The notes under the pieces: generated by a model | What the model was told of the DNA's origin: nothing | The model's input: only the letters and a program-made list of their open reading frames with translations | Database searches by the model: none | Origin: Phycisphaerales bacterium | Lineage (GTDB): Bacteria > Planctomycetota > Phycisphaerae > Phycisphaerales > SM1A02 | Reading direction: 5' to 3' | Length of the DNA: 64,000 nucleotides | Assembly (NCBI GenBank): GCA_049318245.1 | Contig: JBMOGS010000003.1 | Coordinates: forward strand, 2,311-66,310 | Shown: in pieces, positions 17,142-26,491 of the stretch | Position numbering within the stretch: position 1 is the stretch's first letter | How the letters are laid out: every line of letters begins with the position of its first letter | Translations under genes and position numbers: made by a program

Positions 17142-19564
17142 AGGTGCGCTCCCAGCGCCGTGGCGACGCGAAGCACGTCGGCGAACACGCCGGTGGCAGT
17201 CACCTCCGGTCCGGCGCCGGGACCCTGCACCACCAGGGGATTGTCGCAGTACCGATGCGTGGTGAACTGCACCACGTTGTCCGTGCGCTGGATGTGCGCG
17301 AAGGCATGCGTGGCGGGGAGTTCGACCAGCCCGACCGAGGCGTTGCCGTCGCCACCGACGCGGGCGACGTACCGCAGCACGTTGCCGCGAACCTGGGCGG
17401 CTTCGAGTCGTGTGCGCATCGGCGCATCGAGTGCGCCCAGTGACTCTAGGAACCGCTCCAGAGGGATGCCCTGCATGGCCTCGGGAACCAGCGATTCCAG
17501 CTGCACATCGGCGAGTGTGGTGCGCAGTCCGCGCTCGCGGGCAAGAATCACCAGCTTTCGCGCGACATCGAGCCCCGAGAGGTCGTCGCGCGGATCAGGT
17601 TCCGTGTAGCCACGCTCGCGGGCCTCCCGAACCAGATCGCCGAAGCGCATCGAGCCGTCGTAGCGGTTGAACAGGTACGCGAGCGTGCCCGAGAAGATGC
17701 CCTCGACCGAACGCACCTCGTCGCCGGTGTCGACGAGATCGCGGAGGGTCGTGATGATCGGAAGGCCTGCGCCCACGGTGGCCTCGTAGCGGAATCGCCC
17801 GGGCCCGCTCCGGATCGCGTCGTACCGGGCCAGCGGTCCGGAGCCCGCGGACTTGTTCGGCGTGACCACGTGAACGCCCGCACGGATCCACGAGGGGTAA
17901 CGATCCGCCACCGCGTCGCTCGCGCTGCAGTCCACGATGATCGCGTGTGGAAGGTGCGACGCGTGCACGTGCGCGGTGAACGCGTCCATGTCCAGGTCGC
18001 GGTCGAGTTGCGCCTTCACGTCGCCGGGCGGAAGGCCGGTGTCCGAGAGCGCCATCCGGCGACTGCCCGCGATCGCCCGCAGGCGCAGGTCGATGCGATG
18101 AAGCTCGCGAAGCCGTGGTTGCGCCGCCCAGAGCTGGCGGAGGAAGGCCGCGCCCACGTTGCCCGGCCCGATCACGCCGACGGAGATCGTCTGGCCGCTC
18201 AGGTAGAAGCCCGCGTGCACGGCGCGCAGCGCGCGCGGCGCATCGGCGGCCGCGATCGCCACGGAGATGTTCCGCTCGCTCGCCCCCTGCGCGATCATGC
18301 GCACGTTCACCCCCGCACGACCGAGCGAGTCGAAGAGCTGCGCGCTGGTGCCGGGTCGCCCGGCCATCCCGTCACCGACCACGGCAAGCGCGGCCACGCC
18401 GGTCTCCACGGTCACGTCGCTGATCTGGAGCGCGGCCAGCTCGCGCGCGAAGGCGTCGCGGACCGCCCGCTCCGCCGCCGGCGCATCGTGCTCGCGGATC
18501 GTGCAGCAGATCGAGTGCTCGGAACTTCCCTGGCTGATCATCACCACCGAGACGCCCGCGCGGTGCAGTGCCTCGAAGGCGCGCGCGGCGGTGCCCGGCA
18601 CGCCGATCATGCCGTTGCCCTCGATGTTCAGGATCGCGAGGCCCTTGAACGTCGTCACGCCCTTCACCGGCTGCAGGGGACCCGGCTCCATGCTGATGCG
18701 TGTTCCCGTGTGCGCGGGCTGGAAGGTGCTGCGCGCGATGATCGGGATGCCCCGGTCGAATGCGGGCCCCATCGTCTGTGGATGGATCACGCTGGCGCCG
18801 AAGTAGGCCAGTTCGCATGCCTCGGCGTAGCTGAGCCGGTCGATCAGCACCGCCTCGGGCACCAGTCGGGGATCGGCGGAGAACACGCCCTCCACATCGC
18901 TCCAGATGTGAAGTTCGCGCGCCTGGAACAGCGCCGCGAAGATCGCGCCGGAATAGTCGCTGCCGTTGCGGCCCAGCGTGGTCACGCGTCCCTCGTGCGT
19001 GCGCGCCACGAAACCCGTGACGATGGTGCGCTCGCCGGGTACGCCAAGGTGGCTCTGCAACCGCGCCGCGGACTCGTCCCAGCGCACCATCGCGCCAAGC
19101 TCGGTCTTCTCCACGACCAGCACCTCGCGCGCATCCAGCCAGCGGCTGGGCTTCCCGCGCGCCCGCACGGCCGCGTCGACCAGCATCGACGACCAGACCT
19201 CGCCGAGTCCGGACACGAGATCCAGCAGGTCGCTGGAGACGGCGCCGACCCGCGTCTGCGCCTGCAGCAGCTCGCGCAGACTGCCGAACTCGCTGGCGAA
19301 CGTCTCCAGCACGGGCGTGGCGGCCTCGCCCAGCAATTCCCGCGCGGTCGACACATGCCGCTCCTCGAGCGTCTGGATGGCCGTCTTCCAGCCGTCGTTC
19401 CGAGCCGCCGCCTGGCCCGCCAACGCGATCAGCGCGTCGGTCACGCCCCGCATCGCGGAGATCGCCACCACCTGCGCCTCGTCGCGCGAAAGCAGGATGT
19501 CCACCACGCGCCCGATGCGCGAGGCGTCCGCCACGCTGCTGCCACCGAACTTGTGCGCGATCAC
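17138..19564 (-). CDS. thrA: bifunctional aspartokinase / homoserine dehydrogenase
   Basis: The N-terminus VIAHKFGGSSVADASRIGRV is aspartokinase. ACT-like regions follow. ISVGVIGPGNVGAAFLRQL…NPLVVQGPGAGPEVTA is homoserine dehydrogenase. GTG start at 19564, 37 nt after the hppD stop. Confidence 0.92.
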   Translation of the reverse strand: MIAHKFGGSSVADASRIGRVVDILLSRDEAQVVAISAMRGVTDALIALAGQAAARNDGWKTAIQTLEERHVSTARELLGEAATPVLETFASEFGSLRELLQAQTRVGAVSSDLLDLVSGLGEVWSSMLVDAAVRARGKPSRWLDAREVLVVEKTELGAMVRWDESAARLQSHLGVPGERTIVTGFVARTHEGRVTTLGRNGSDYSGAIFAALFQARELHIWSDVEGVFSADPRLVPEAVLIDRLSYAEACELAYFGASVIHPQTMGPAFDRGIPIIARSTFQPAHTGTRISMEPGPLQPVKGVTTFKGLAILNIEGNGMIGVPGTAARAFEALHRAGVSVVMISQGSSEHSICCTIREHDAPAAERAVRDAFARELAALQISDVTVETGVAALAVVGDGMAGRPGTSAQLFDSLGRAGVNVRMIAQGASERNISVAIAAADAPRALRAVHAGFYLSGQTISVGVIGPGNVGAAFLRQLWAAQPRLRELHRIDLRLRAIAGSRRMALSDTGLPPGDVKAQLDRDLDMDAFTAHVHASHLPHAIIVDCSASDAVADRYPSWIRAGVHVVTPNKSAGSGPLARYDAIRSGPGRFRYEATVGAGLPIITTLRDLVDTGDEVRSVEGIFSGTLAYLFNRYDGSMRFGDLVREARERGYTEPDPRDDLSGLDVARKLVILARERGLRTTLADVQLESLVPEAMQGIPLERFLESLGALDAPMRTRLEAAQVRGNVLRYVARVGGDGNASVGLVELPATHAFAHIQRTDNVVQFTTHRYCDNPLVVQGPGAGPEVTATGVFADVLRVATALGAHL

Positions 19565-19601
19565 GCGCGGCAGTGTACGGAGACGTCGAAGGGCCGGCGC
19601 G

Positions 19602-20804
19602 TCAGAGGTTGCCGCGCTTCTCCTGCTCGAGTTCGAGCGCCTCGAAGAGCGCCTTGAAGTTGCCCTTGCCGAAGCTCTGGCTGCCGCGGCGGCAGATGAT
19701 CTCGAAGAACAGGGTGGGGCGGTCCTGCAGCGGCTTGGTGAACAGCTGCAGCAGGTAGCCCTCGTCGTCGGCATCCACCAGGATGCCCAGGTCGCGCACG
19801 CGCTGGTGATCTTCCTTCACGCCATCGTGGCCGTGGGACTTCAGCATGGCTTCGACGCGCTTCCACACGCCTTCGTAGTAGGTCTCCGGGATGCCCAGGA
19901 AATCCACGCCGCGGCGGCGCAGCTCTGCCACGCTGTGCAGTTCGTCGTCGGTGCGCAGCGCGAGGTGCTGCACGCCCGGGGTCATGTCGTGCCACTCCAG
20001 GTACTCCTGGATCTGGCTCTTCTTCTTGCCTTCGGCGGGCTCGTTGATGGGCATCTTGATCAGGTGATTGCCGCTGGCCATCACCTTGCTCATCAGCGCG
20101 GAGTATTCGGTGCCGATGTCCTTGTCGTCGAAGTGCTTGAACATCTTGAAGCCAAGCACATCCTCGTACCACTTCACCCAGTGGTTCATCTTGCCTTCCT
20201 CGACGTTGCCCACGCAGTGGTCGAAGAACTTCAGGCCGCAGGGGTGCTGGCGGTTGTATTCGTTCAGCGCGAAGCCGGTCATGGGCCGGTAGCCCGGCAT
20301 GAACTTGCCGCCCGCCTTCACCTCGGGCAGCGCGAAGCTGCCGGTGCGGCTGACGAAGGTGTGGACCGCGCGGCCGTAGGTCTGGATGCCGGCCATCGTG
20401 ACGGTGCCGTTGCCCTCCTTGATGGTCACGGGCTCGTAGGCGCTCGTGCCGCCGTTGCGGAGGGCCTGCTCCCAGGCCTTTGTGGCGTCGAAGACCGTCA
20501 GCGCGATGTCCTTCACGCCGTCGCCGTAGCGGCGGATCTCGTCGGCACCCGGCGCGTCCTTGGAGAGGGGCGTCTCGAGCAGCAGGCGGATGTTGCCCTG
20601 CGTGAGCAGGTACTTGGCGGCCGTGCGGCTGCCGGTCGTCAGGTCGCAGATCTGCTCCACCTGGAAGCCGAAGGCCGTGGCGTAGAAGTACGCGGCCTGC
20701 TTGGCGTTGCCCACGAGGAAGCGGATGTGATCCACGTCGATCAGGGCGAGTGGGTCGGTGCGCGGATCGATCTCGGCGACGGACTGCTGAGCGGTGCTGG
20801 TCAT
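19602..20804 (-). CDS. hppD: 4-hydroxyphenylpyruvate dioxygenase
   Basis: IDHIRFLVGNAKQAAYFYATAFGF…GVQHLALRTDD…FFEIICRRGSQSFGKGNFKALFEALELEQ are HPPD hallmark C-terminal motifs. Confidence 0.93.
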   Translation of the reverse strand: MTSTAQQSVAEIDPRTDPLALIDVDHIRFLVGNAKQAAYFYATAFGFQVEQICDLTTGSRTAAKYLLTQGNIRLLLETPLSKDAPGADEIRRYGDGVKDIALTVFDATKAWEQALRNGGTSAYEPVTIKEGNGTVTMAGIQTYGRAVHTFVSRTGSFALPEVKAGGKFMPGYRPMTGFALNEYNRQHPCGLKFFDHCVGNVEEGKMNHWVKWYEDVLGFKMFKHFDDKDIGTEYSALMSKVMASGNHLIKMPINEPAEGKKKSQIQEYLEWHDMTPGVQHLALRTDDELHSVAELRRRGVDFLGIPETYYEGVWKRVEAMLKSHGHDGVKEDHQRVRDLGILVDADDEGYLLQLFTKPLQDRPTLFFEIICRRGSQSFGKGNFKALFEALELEQEKRGNL

Positions 20805-20879
20805 CCCGGCATTCTAGTTGGAAGGGGCTCCGGAAACGAATCCCCGGCCCACGGGATCGCCGATACCTTTTCCGGATCC

Positions 20880-21008
20880 ATGAGCACCAAGAAGACCGTC
20901 TCCCTGATCGTCGGCGGACTGATCGCCATATTCGTGATCGCGCTGCTGCTGGCCGGCGTGCCGAAGGGCTGCGAGCCGCCGGTGAACAAGGCCCCCAGCA
21001 CGAACTGA
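20880..21008 (+). CDS. small hypothetical single-pass membrane protein (42 aa)
   Basis: MSTKKTVSLIVGGLIAIFVIALLLAGVPKGCEPPVNKAPSTN. It has an ATG start, one clear TM helix, and fills an otherwise empty gap. No homology claim. Confidence 0.35.
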   Translation: MSTKKTVSLIVGGLIAIFVIALLLAGVPKGCEPPVNKAPSTN

Positions 21009-21021
21009 ATCGGCTGGCGGA

Positions 21022-21543
21022 TCAGTAGGTGATCGGCGCGTGCACCTGCAGGCCCGGCAGGGCGTTGCGGCCCTTCAGCGCGACCAGTTCGATCAGCACC
21101 GTCGCGCCCACGACCTCGGCTCCCACCGACCGCATGAGCCGCACGCAGGCGGCCATCGTTCCGCCCGTGGCGAGCAGGTCGTCGACCATCAGCACACGCT
21201 GACCAGCGCGGACGGCGTCGTCGCGCACCTCAAGCGTGTCCGTGCCGTACTCCAGTTCGTAGGTGACGCTCTGGACCGGTGGCGGAAGCTTCGCGCGCTT
21301 GCGGATGGGCACGAAGCCGCACGAGAGGGCCTGAGCCACGGCCGTGCCGAAGATGAAGCCGCGGCTCTCCGCGCCAGCGACGGCGTGGATTCCGGCGCCG
21401 CGGAACGGATTCGCCATGAGTTCCACGGCGAGCGCAAGACCTGCGGGATCCCGAAGCAGCGGCGTGATGTCCTTGAACAGGATGCCGGGCTTCGGGAAGT
21501 CGGGCACGTCACGGATCAGGCGCTTCAGGGTGTCGATGGACAT
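21022..21543 (-). CDS. apt: adenine phosphoribosyltransferase
   Basis: IRDVPDFPKPGILFKDITPLL and VLMVDDLLATGGT form the PRPP-binding motif. Confidence 0.92.
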   Translation of the reverse strand: MSIDTLKRLIRDVPDFPKPGILFKDITPLLRDPAGLALAVELMANPFRGAGIHAVAGAESRGFIFGTAVAQALSCGFVPIRKRAKLPPPVQSVTYELEYGTDTLEVRDDAVRAGQRVLMVDDLLATGGTMAACVRLMRSVGAEVVGATVLIELVALKGRNALPGLQVHAPITY

Positions 21544-21598
21544 GACGGGATTGTCGACTCCATGGGGGTCTGCGCGCAACCCGGGCTACCATGTGCGC

Positions 21599-21931
21599 AT
21601 GGCCCAGCCCAACGCGAGCACCCGCAAGCTCGAGACCGTCGAGCCCGTCGGCAAGCGTGTGCTCATCCGCAAGGATGAGGACCGGAAGATCACGAAGGTG
21701 GGCATCCACCTTCCCGACAAGATCGAGATTCCCACCCTCACGGGTCGGGTGGTGGCGATCAGCGCGCAGATCGCGCGCGACGAGGACTACACGATCCGCC
21801 AGTACGACCGGGTGCTCTTCAACCCGCGGCATGGCGTGCCCGTCGATTTCGAGGGCGACAACCGCCTTTTCGTGATCCCCGTCGAGGACGTGGTCGCGGT
21901 GTTTCGCGCCAACGGAACCAAGGACGAGTGA
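21599..21931 (+). CDS. GroES/Cpn10-family co-chaperonin-like protein
   Basis: VEPVGKRVLIRKDEDRKITKVGIHLPD…GRVVAISA…YDRVLFNPRHGVPVDFEGDNRLFVIPVEDVVAVF follows the Cpn10 layout. No groEL is adjacent. The stop overlaps the aroA GTG start. Confidence 0.7.
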   Translation: MAQPNASTRKLETVEPVGKRVLIRKDEDRKITKVGIHLPDKIEIPTLTGRVVAISAQIARDEDYTIRQYDRVLFNPRHGVPVDFEGDNRLFVIPVEDVVAVFRANGTKDE

Positions 21932-23238
21932 GCGGCGCTCCCGCTGGCGGTGCGGGACCGTGGCTCGCGCCGAAGGCGACGAAGCCCGTGGTGGGTGCGT
22001 TGCGTCCGCCAGGTTCGAAGAGCCTGACGCAGCGCTGGCTCATGCTTGCGGCGCTGGCCGAAGGCACCAGCACGATCTGGAATGCGCTGCGCTCGGATGA
22101 CGTCGAGGCGTTGGCGGGTGGATTGCGGGCGCTGGGCGCCACCATCCGCTGGACCGGCATCGATTCCATCGAGGTGCAGGGGATCGCCGGGCGCTTTCCG
22201 CGCGGCGGCACGCTCGACGCGCGCGAGGGTGGCACGCCCGCGCGCTTCCTGATGGCTGCCGCCACGATGGCCAGCAGGCCCTGCACCGTCGACGGTTCGG
22301 CGCGACTTCGCAAGCGCCCCATGGAGGATGGCGTGCGGCTGCTTGGCGCGCTGGGCGCGAACGCGCGACGAACGGAAACCACGCAGCTGCCGATCGAGAT
22401 TCGGCCGCACGAGGTCGACGTGGCGGGCGACATCGAGATCGAGCGTCCAGCCAGCAGCCAGTTCCTCTCCGCGGTGGCGCTTGTTGCGCCGTGGCTGCCG
22501 TCGGGGCTGCGCGTGCGCGTGCGCGGCGGTCTGCCGAGCGCCTCCTACCTGGCCATGACGGTCGCGTGCCTGCGACACCTTGGCGTGCGGGCGGATTGGC
22601 ACGAGGACCGCGGCGAGCTCTCGGTCGCGCGGCATCCGCTGCAGGGTTTCGAGGTGCATGTCGAGCCGGACGCTTCCAGCGCGGCCTACGGGTGGGCGCT
22701 TGCAGCCGTGTGTCCAGGCTCGGAGATTTGGATCCCGGGACTGCATGTCGATTCCGCGCAACCCGACATGGCGGTTCGCGCCGCGTTGATCGCGCTGGGT
22801 GCGAAGCCTGTCGAGCATGCCGATGGTTGCGGCCTTCGACATGCGGGTCGCCTGCACGGAGGCGAGTTCGACGCGTCACTCTGGCCCGATGGGAGCCTGG
22901 CGGTCATGGCGGCGGCGGTGACGGCGCGCGGGCGCGTGCGCATCCGCGGACTGGAGACCCTGGCAGGCAAGGAGAGCGACCGCATCGAGGCGATGCGCGC
23001 GTGGCTGCAATCGGTTGGCGCGCAGGTCGAGCGTGGGCCGGACTGGATCTCGATCGAGGGCTGTGAACCGGGCGCACCATCGGACCTGGTCGAGACGCAC
23101 CGCGACCATCGCATCGCGATGAGCGCGGCGGTCATCGGCGCGCTGACGGGCGGCATGCGGATCGCCGATCCGGGGTGCGTGGAGAAGAGCTGGCCCGATT
23201 TCTGCGGCACCTGGGCGGGTTTGGTCGCCTCCGCTTGA
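21928..23238 (+). CDS. aroA: 3-phosphoshikimate 1-carboxyvinyltransferase (EPSP synthase)
   Basis: RPPGSKSLTQRWLMLAALAEGTS…LRKRPMEDGVRLLGALGA…HRDHRIAMSAAV are EPSPS motifs. Confidence 0.92.
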   Translation: MSGAPAGGAGPWLAPKATKPVVGALRPPGSKSLTQRWLMLAALAEGTSTIWNALRSDDVEALAGGLRALGATIRWTGIDSIEVQGIAGRFPRGGTLDAREGGTPARFLMAAATMASRPCTVDGSARLRKRPMEDGVRLLGALGANARRTETTQLPIEIRPHEVDVAGDIEIERPASSQFLSAVALVAPWLPSGLRVRVRGGLPSASYLAMTVACLRHLGVRADWHEDRGELSVARHPLQGFEVHVEPDASSAAYGWALAAVCPGSEIWIPGLHVDSAQPDMAVRAALIALGAKPVEHADGCGLRHAGRLHGGEFDASLWPDGSLAVMAAAVTARGRVRIRGLETLAGKESDRIEAMRAWLQSVGAQVERGPDWISIEGCEPGAPSDLVETHRDHRIAMSAAVIGALTGGMRIADPGCVEKSWPDFCGTWAGLVASA

Positions 23239-23270
23239 TGCGGAGGGGGCATTTGGACGATAATCGCCCG

Positions 23271-25094
23271 ATGCGCGACTTCTGGTGGTTTGCCCGACGC
23301 CTGTTCCGCCGCAAGGGTGAGGTCGCGCTGCTTCTTCTCGGTGCGACGATCAGCGCAGGCGGGCTTGGCGCCGGTCTGCTGGGACTCGGTCCGATCCTGC
23401 GCATCATCCTGATCGAGAACGGTTCGCTCCGGTCGATGGCGGAGGGCCTGATCGCCCGTCATGCGTGGCTCGGTTTCATTCCGCCGGGACTCGTGGAACT
23501 GCTGCCGACGCAACCCTATCCAGGCGTGATCCTGGCGATGGCGGGCCTGGCCGTCCTGACGGTCGTTGGCGCGTCGGCGAACTACCTGCACCAGATGGTC
23601 TCCATGACGATCTGCGCGCGCACCGTCGCGCAGGTCCGGCTCGAGGTGTTCCAGCACGCGATCCACCTGCCGCTCGGCGAGGTGAACCGCCAGGGTCCCA
23701 CCGAGTTCACCAGCCGCGTGCTGCGCGACACGAGCGACCTTCGGGGCGGATTCGAGAGCCTGACCAGCAAGACGCTGGCGCAGGTCACGAAGGGCCTTGC
23801 CGCGTTCATCGCGGCGATGATCTTCGACTGGCGGCTGGTGCTGGTCTCGCTGGTGGTGGGGCCGCTGCTGGGCGTGGTGCTGCGCAAGACCGGCAAGAGC
23901 ATCCGACGTGGCTCTCGAGGATCGCTGGAGGCGGGCGAACTGCTGCTGCGCAGCACGAATGAGTCGATGCAGGGACTGCGCGCGGTGAAGACCGCGAGCG
24001 CCGAGCGCGAGGCGGTCCGCAGGTTCAACCGGGCCAACCACGAGGCGCTGGTGCAGGAACTGCGCATGCGCCGCGCCCGCTCGCTCGCGGCTCCGCTGAT
24101 CGAGATGCTCACGGTCTTCTGCGCGATGGTGCTGGCGCTCGTCGCCGCGCGCCAGATTCTCGCGGGGGAGCTCGCGTTCGACAGCTTCGTGCTGTCGCTG
24201 GGCTCGCTGGCCGTCGCGGCGGGAAGCCTGCGCCCGCTCACGGGTTTCATCCACGAGATCCAGGCCGCCTCGGCGCCCGCGACACGGCTTCGCGCCATGC
24301 TGTCGGTGGTTCGCGAGGACAGCAACGAGTGGCGCAAGCCGCTCCTGCAGCCGCACAAGGATCGCATCGCGTTCGAGGGTGTCGTCTTCCGGTATCCAGG
24401 CTCGGATCATCGCGCGCTGGATGGCGTGAACGTCGTGATCGAGCACGGGTCGCGCGTGGCGATCGTCGGCCCCAACGGCTGCGGCAAGACCACGCTGCTC
24501 TCGCTGCTCACGCGGCTTTTCGAGCCCGAAGCGGGGCGGGTGACGGTGGACGGGGTCGATCTCCGTTCCGTCAACGTCCGCTCCATCCGCTCGCAGATCG
24601 GCGTGGTGAGCCAGGAGTCGATCCTGGTGAAGGGAACGATCGCGGACAACGTGCGGTTCGGTCTGCGCACCGCCACCGACGATGCCGTGGTCGAGGCGCT
24701 CCGGCGCGCGCACGCGTGGGGTTTCGTGGAGCGCCTGCCCGGCGGCATCCAGGCGATGGTGGGCGAGCAGGGCTCGAGCCTTTCCGGTGGCCAGCGCCAG
24801 CGCCTTGCGATCGCCCGCGCAGTGCTGCGGAATCCCGCCATCCTGGTGATGGACGAGGCCACCAGCCAGATCGACGCCGAGAGCGAGGAGCAGATCAACG
24901 ACGCGATCGTCGACTTCGGCGCGGGGCGCACGGTGCTGGTGATCGCGCACCGGTTGAGCACGGTGCTTGCGTGCGAACGCATCGTGGTGATGGATCACGG
25001 TCGCGTCGTCGACACCGGTCGGCATGACGAGCTCCTCGGCCGCTGCGACCTGTACCGACGTCTTGCGCAGGCCCAGCTCACCGAGGCGGGCTGA
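23271..25094 (+). CDS. ABC transporter ATP-binding/permease fusion (MsbA-like exporter)
   Basis: The N-terminal half is a six-TM-type region. It also carries GPNGCGKTTLL (Walker A), LSGGQRQRLAIARA (signature) and ILVMDEATS (Walker B). Confidence 0.9.
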   Translation: MRDFWWFARRLFRRKGEVALLLLGATISAGGLGAGLLGLGPILRIILIENGSLRSMAEGLIARHAWLGFIPPGLVELLPTQPYPGVILAMAGLAVLTVVGASANYLHQMVSMTICARTVAQVRLEVFQHAIHLPLGEVNRQGPTEFTSRVLRDTSDLRGGFESLTSKTLAQVTKGLAAFIAAMIFDWRLVLVSLVVGPLLGVVLRKTGKSIRRGSRGSLEAGELLLRSTNESMQGLRAVKTASAEREAVRRFNRANHEALVQELRMRRARSLAAPLIEMLTVFCAMVLALVAARQILAGELAFDSFVLSLGSLAVAAGSLRPLTGFIHEIQAASAPATRLRAMLSVVREDSNEWRKPLLQPHKDRIAFEGVVFRYPGSDHRALDGVNVVIEHGSRVAIVGPNGCGKTTLLSLLTRLFEPEAGRVTVDGVDLRSVNVRSIRSQIGVVSQESILVKGTIADNVRFGLRTATDDAVVEALRRAHAWGFVERLPGGIQAMVGEQGSSLSGGQRQRLAIARAVLRNPAILVMDEATSQIDAESEEQINDAIVDFGAGRTVLVIAHRLSTVLACERIVVMDHGRVVDTGRHDELLGRCDLYRRLAQAQLTEAG

Positions 25095-25866
25095 CCGGGA
25101 CGGGCGCCAGGTGGCGCGTGAGGAATGCCGTGCACGCGTCCTTCGCCTGCGGTCCGAACGTCCCGAAGCCGATGTGCTCGTGCGGGGCGCCCGTGCGCGG
25201 GAACTCCAGCAGCTCCACGGCGTGGTCCGCGTTCACCTCGCGCACGCGATCGAGGAAGGTCCGCTGCCACTCGATCCGGATCCAGGCGTCCAGCTGCGCA
25301 TGGATCGCGAGCAGCGGCAACGGATGCCAGCGATCGAGGTGGCGCGCGGGCTCCATGGCGTCGGATCGTGCAGGGTCGTGCTGCGCTCCAGTCAGGTGCG
25401 TCCAGTCTCCGGTCGTCGCCTCGGCGACGGCGGCGCGGAATGCGTGCGGTCGGCACAGCGTCGCCAGCGTGACCATGCCGCCAAGACTCATGCCGCCGAT
25501 CGCGGCGCGCGTCGTGTCGAGTCCCGGCATCCCGGCGAGCGCCTGCATCACCGCGGGCATCTCACGCAGCATGGCCTCGATCACCTCCATCGTCCGCTCC
25601 GACGTCTGCAGGCCCGGGTCGGCGCGCTCGCCGTGGCCGGGCAGGTCCAATGCGACGGTCGCGATGCCCGCGCGCATCAGCCGCAGGTATCGCCCGTTGT
25701 CCATCTCCTTGAAGGCCGTGCGCCCGTGCATCCACAGCAGGAAGGGGCGCGGACGCTCGTCGCCCGGTGCATCGGGATGGATCACCAGTGCGGGCGCCGG
25801 TCCGGCCTGCATCCATCGCGCGTGCGCGCGCAGGGTGCGGGGCATGGCGCTGTCGGTGCCGCTCAT
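25078..25866 (-). CDS. alpha/beta hydrolase
   Basis: LWMHGRT…ALDLPGHGER…IGGMSLGGM is a GxSxG nucleophile elbow. It is convergent with the ABC gene, with a 17-nt overlap. Confidence 0.8.
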   Translation of the reverse strand: MSGTDSAMPRTLRAHARWMQAGPAPALVIHPDAPGDERPRPFLLWMHGRTAFKEMDNGRYLRLMRAGIATVALDLPGHGERADPGLQTSERTMEVIEAMLREMPAVMQALAGMPGLDTTRAAIGGMSLGGMVTLATLCRPHAFRAAVAEATTGDWTHLTGAQHDPARSDAMEPARHLDRWHPLPLLAIHAQLDAWIRIEWQRTFLDRVREVNADHAVELLEFPRTGAPHEHIGFGTFGPQAKDACTAFLTRHLAPVPVSPPR

Positions 25867-25906
25867 CCCGACACGCTAGCAGGGTTCGACTACGATCGCC
25901 GCTCCC

Positions 25907-26491
25907 ATGCTTCGCATCATCGGAGGCGAGCTTCGAAGCCGCCAGCTTGAGACCCCGCCCGGCAAGGACCGCACGCGTCCGATGGGCTCCCGCACCCGGG
26001 AGGCCATCTTCAACGTGCTGCGCGGCTGGTTCGAGGGCGCGAACGTGCTCGACCTGTTCGCGGGCGTGGGCACCATGGGTCTCGAGGCCGGCAGCCGCGG
26101 CGCGTCGCGGGTCTGGCTGGTCGAGCAGGATCGCGACGTGTTCGAGTTGCTGCGCGGGAACATCGAGGAACTCGGTCTTTCCGGGCGCGCCGTTCCCGTG
26201 AAGGCCGACGCGCTCGGGGAGACCGCGCTCGCGACCGTGGACCAGCCGCTCGACGTGGTCTTCCTCGATCCGCCCTTCGAGATGGTCCGTGCTGCCGAGG
26301 GCCTGGATCGCGTGCTGACCCAGGCGCGGCGCGTGCGGGCCAGGATGAAGCCGAAGTCGTTCCTTGTCCTGCGGCTTCCCGAGATCGAGGGCAATGGCCC
26401 CCGGATCGAGGGCTTCGACGGCCCCGAGCACCGTCGTTACGGCAACGAGCAGCACGTCATGCTCTATTGCCCCTCGAAGGAGAAGCCATGA
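25907..26491 (+). CDS. rsmD: 16S rRNA (guanine966-N2)-methyltransferase
   Basis: MLRIIGGELRSRQLETPPGKDRTRPMGSRTREAIFNVL…VVFLDPPF is the RsmD pattern. Confidence 0.88.
   Translation: MLRIIGGELRSRQLETPPGKDRTRPMGSRTREAIFNVLRGWFEGANVLDLFAGVGTMGLEAGSRGASRVWLVEQDRDVFELLRGNIEELGLSGRAVPVKADALGETALATVDQPLDVVFLDPPFEMVRAAEGLDRVLTQARRVRARMKPKSFLVLRLPEIEGNGPRIEGFDGPEHRRYGNEQHVMLYCPSKEKP

Noticed and set aside
19565-19601. A possible thr-leader or attenuator upstream of thrA.
   Set aside because: The gap is only 37 nt. It has no leader-peptide ORF, no Thr/Ile codon run and no terminator hairpin.
18966-21008. A 680-aa plus-strand ORF.
   Set aside because: Nearly all of it is antisense to thrA and hppD. 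Only the last 43 codons (20880-21008) fall in a true gap, and I kept those as a low-confidence small membrane protein.
22686-25025. A 779-aa minus-strand ORF.
   Set aside because: It is antisense to aroA and the MsbA-like ABC gene, which carry clear Walker and signature motifs.
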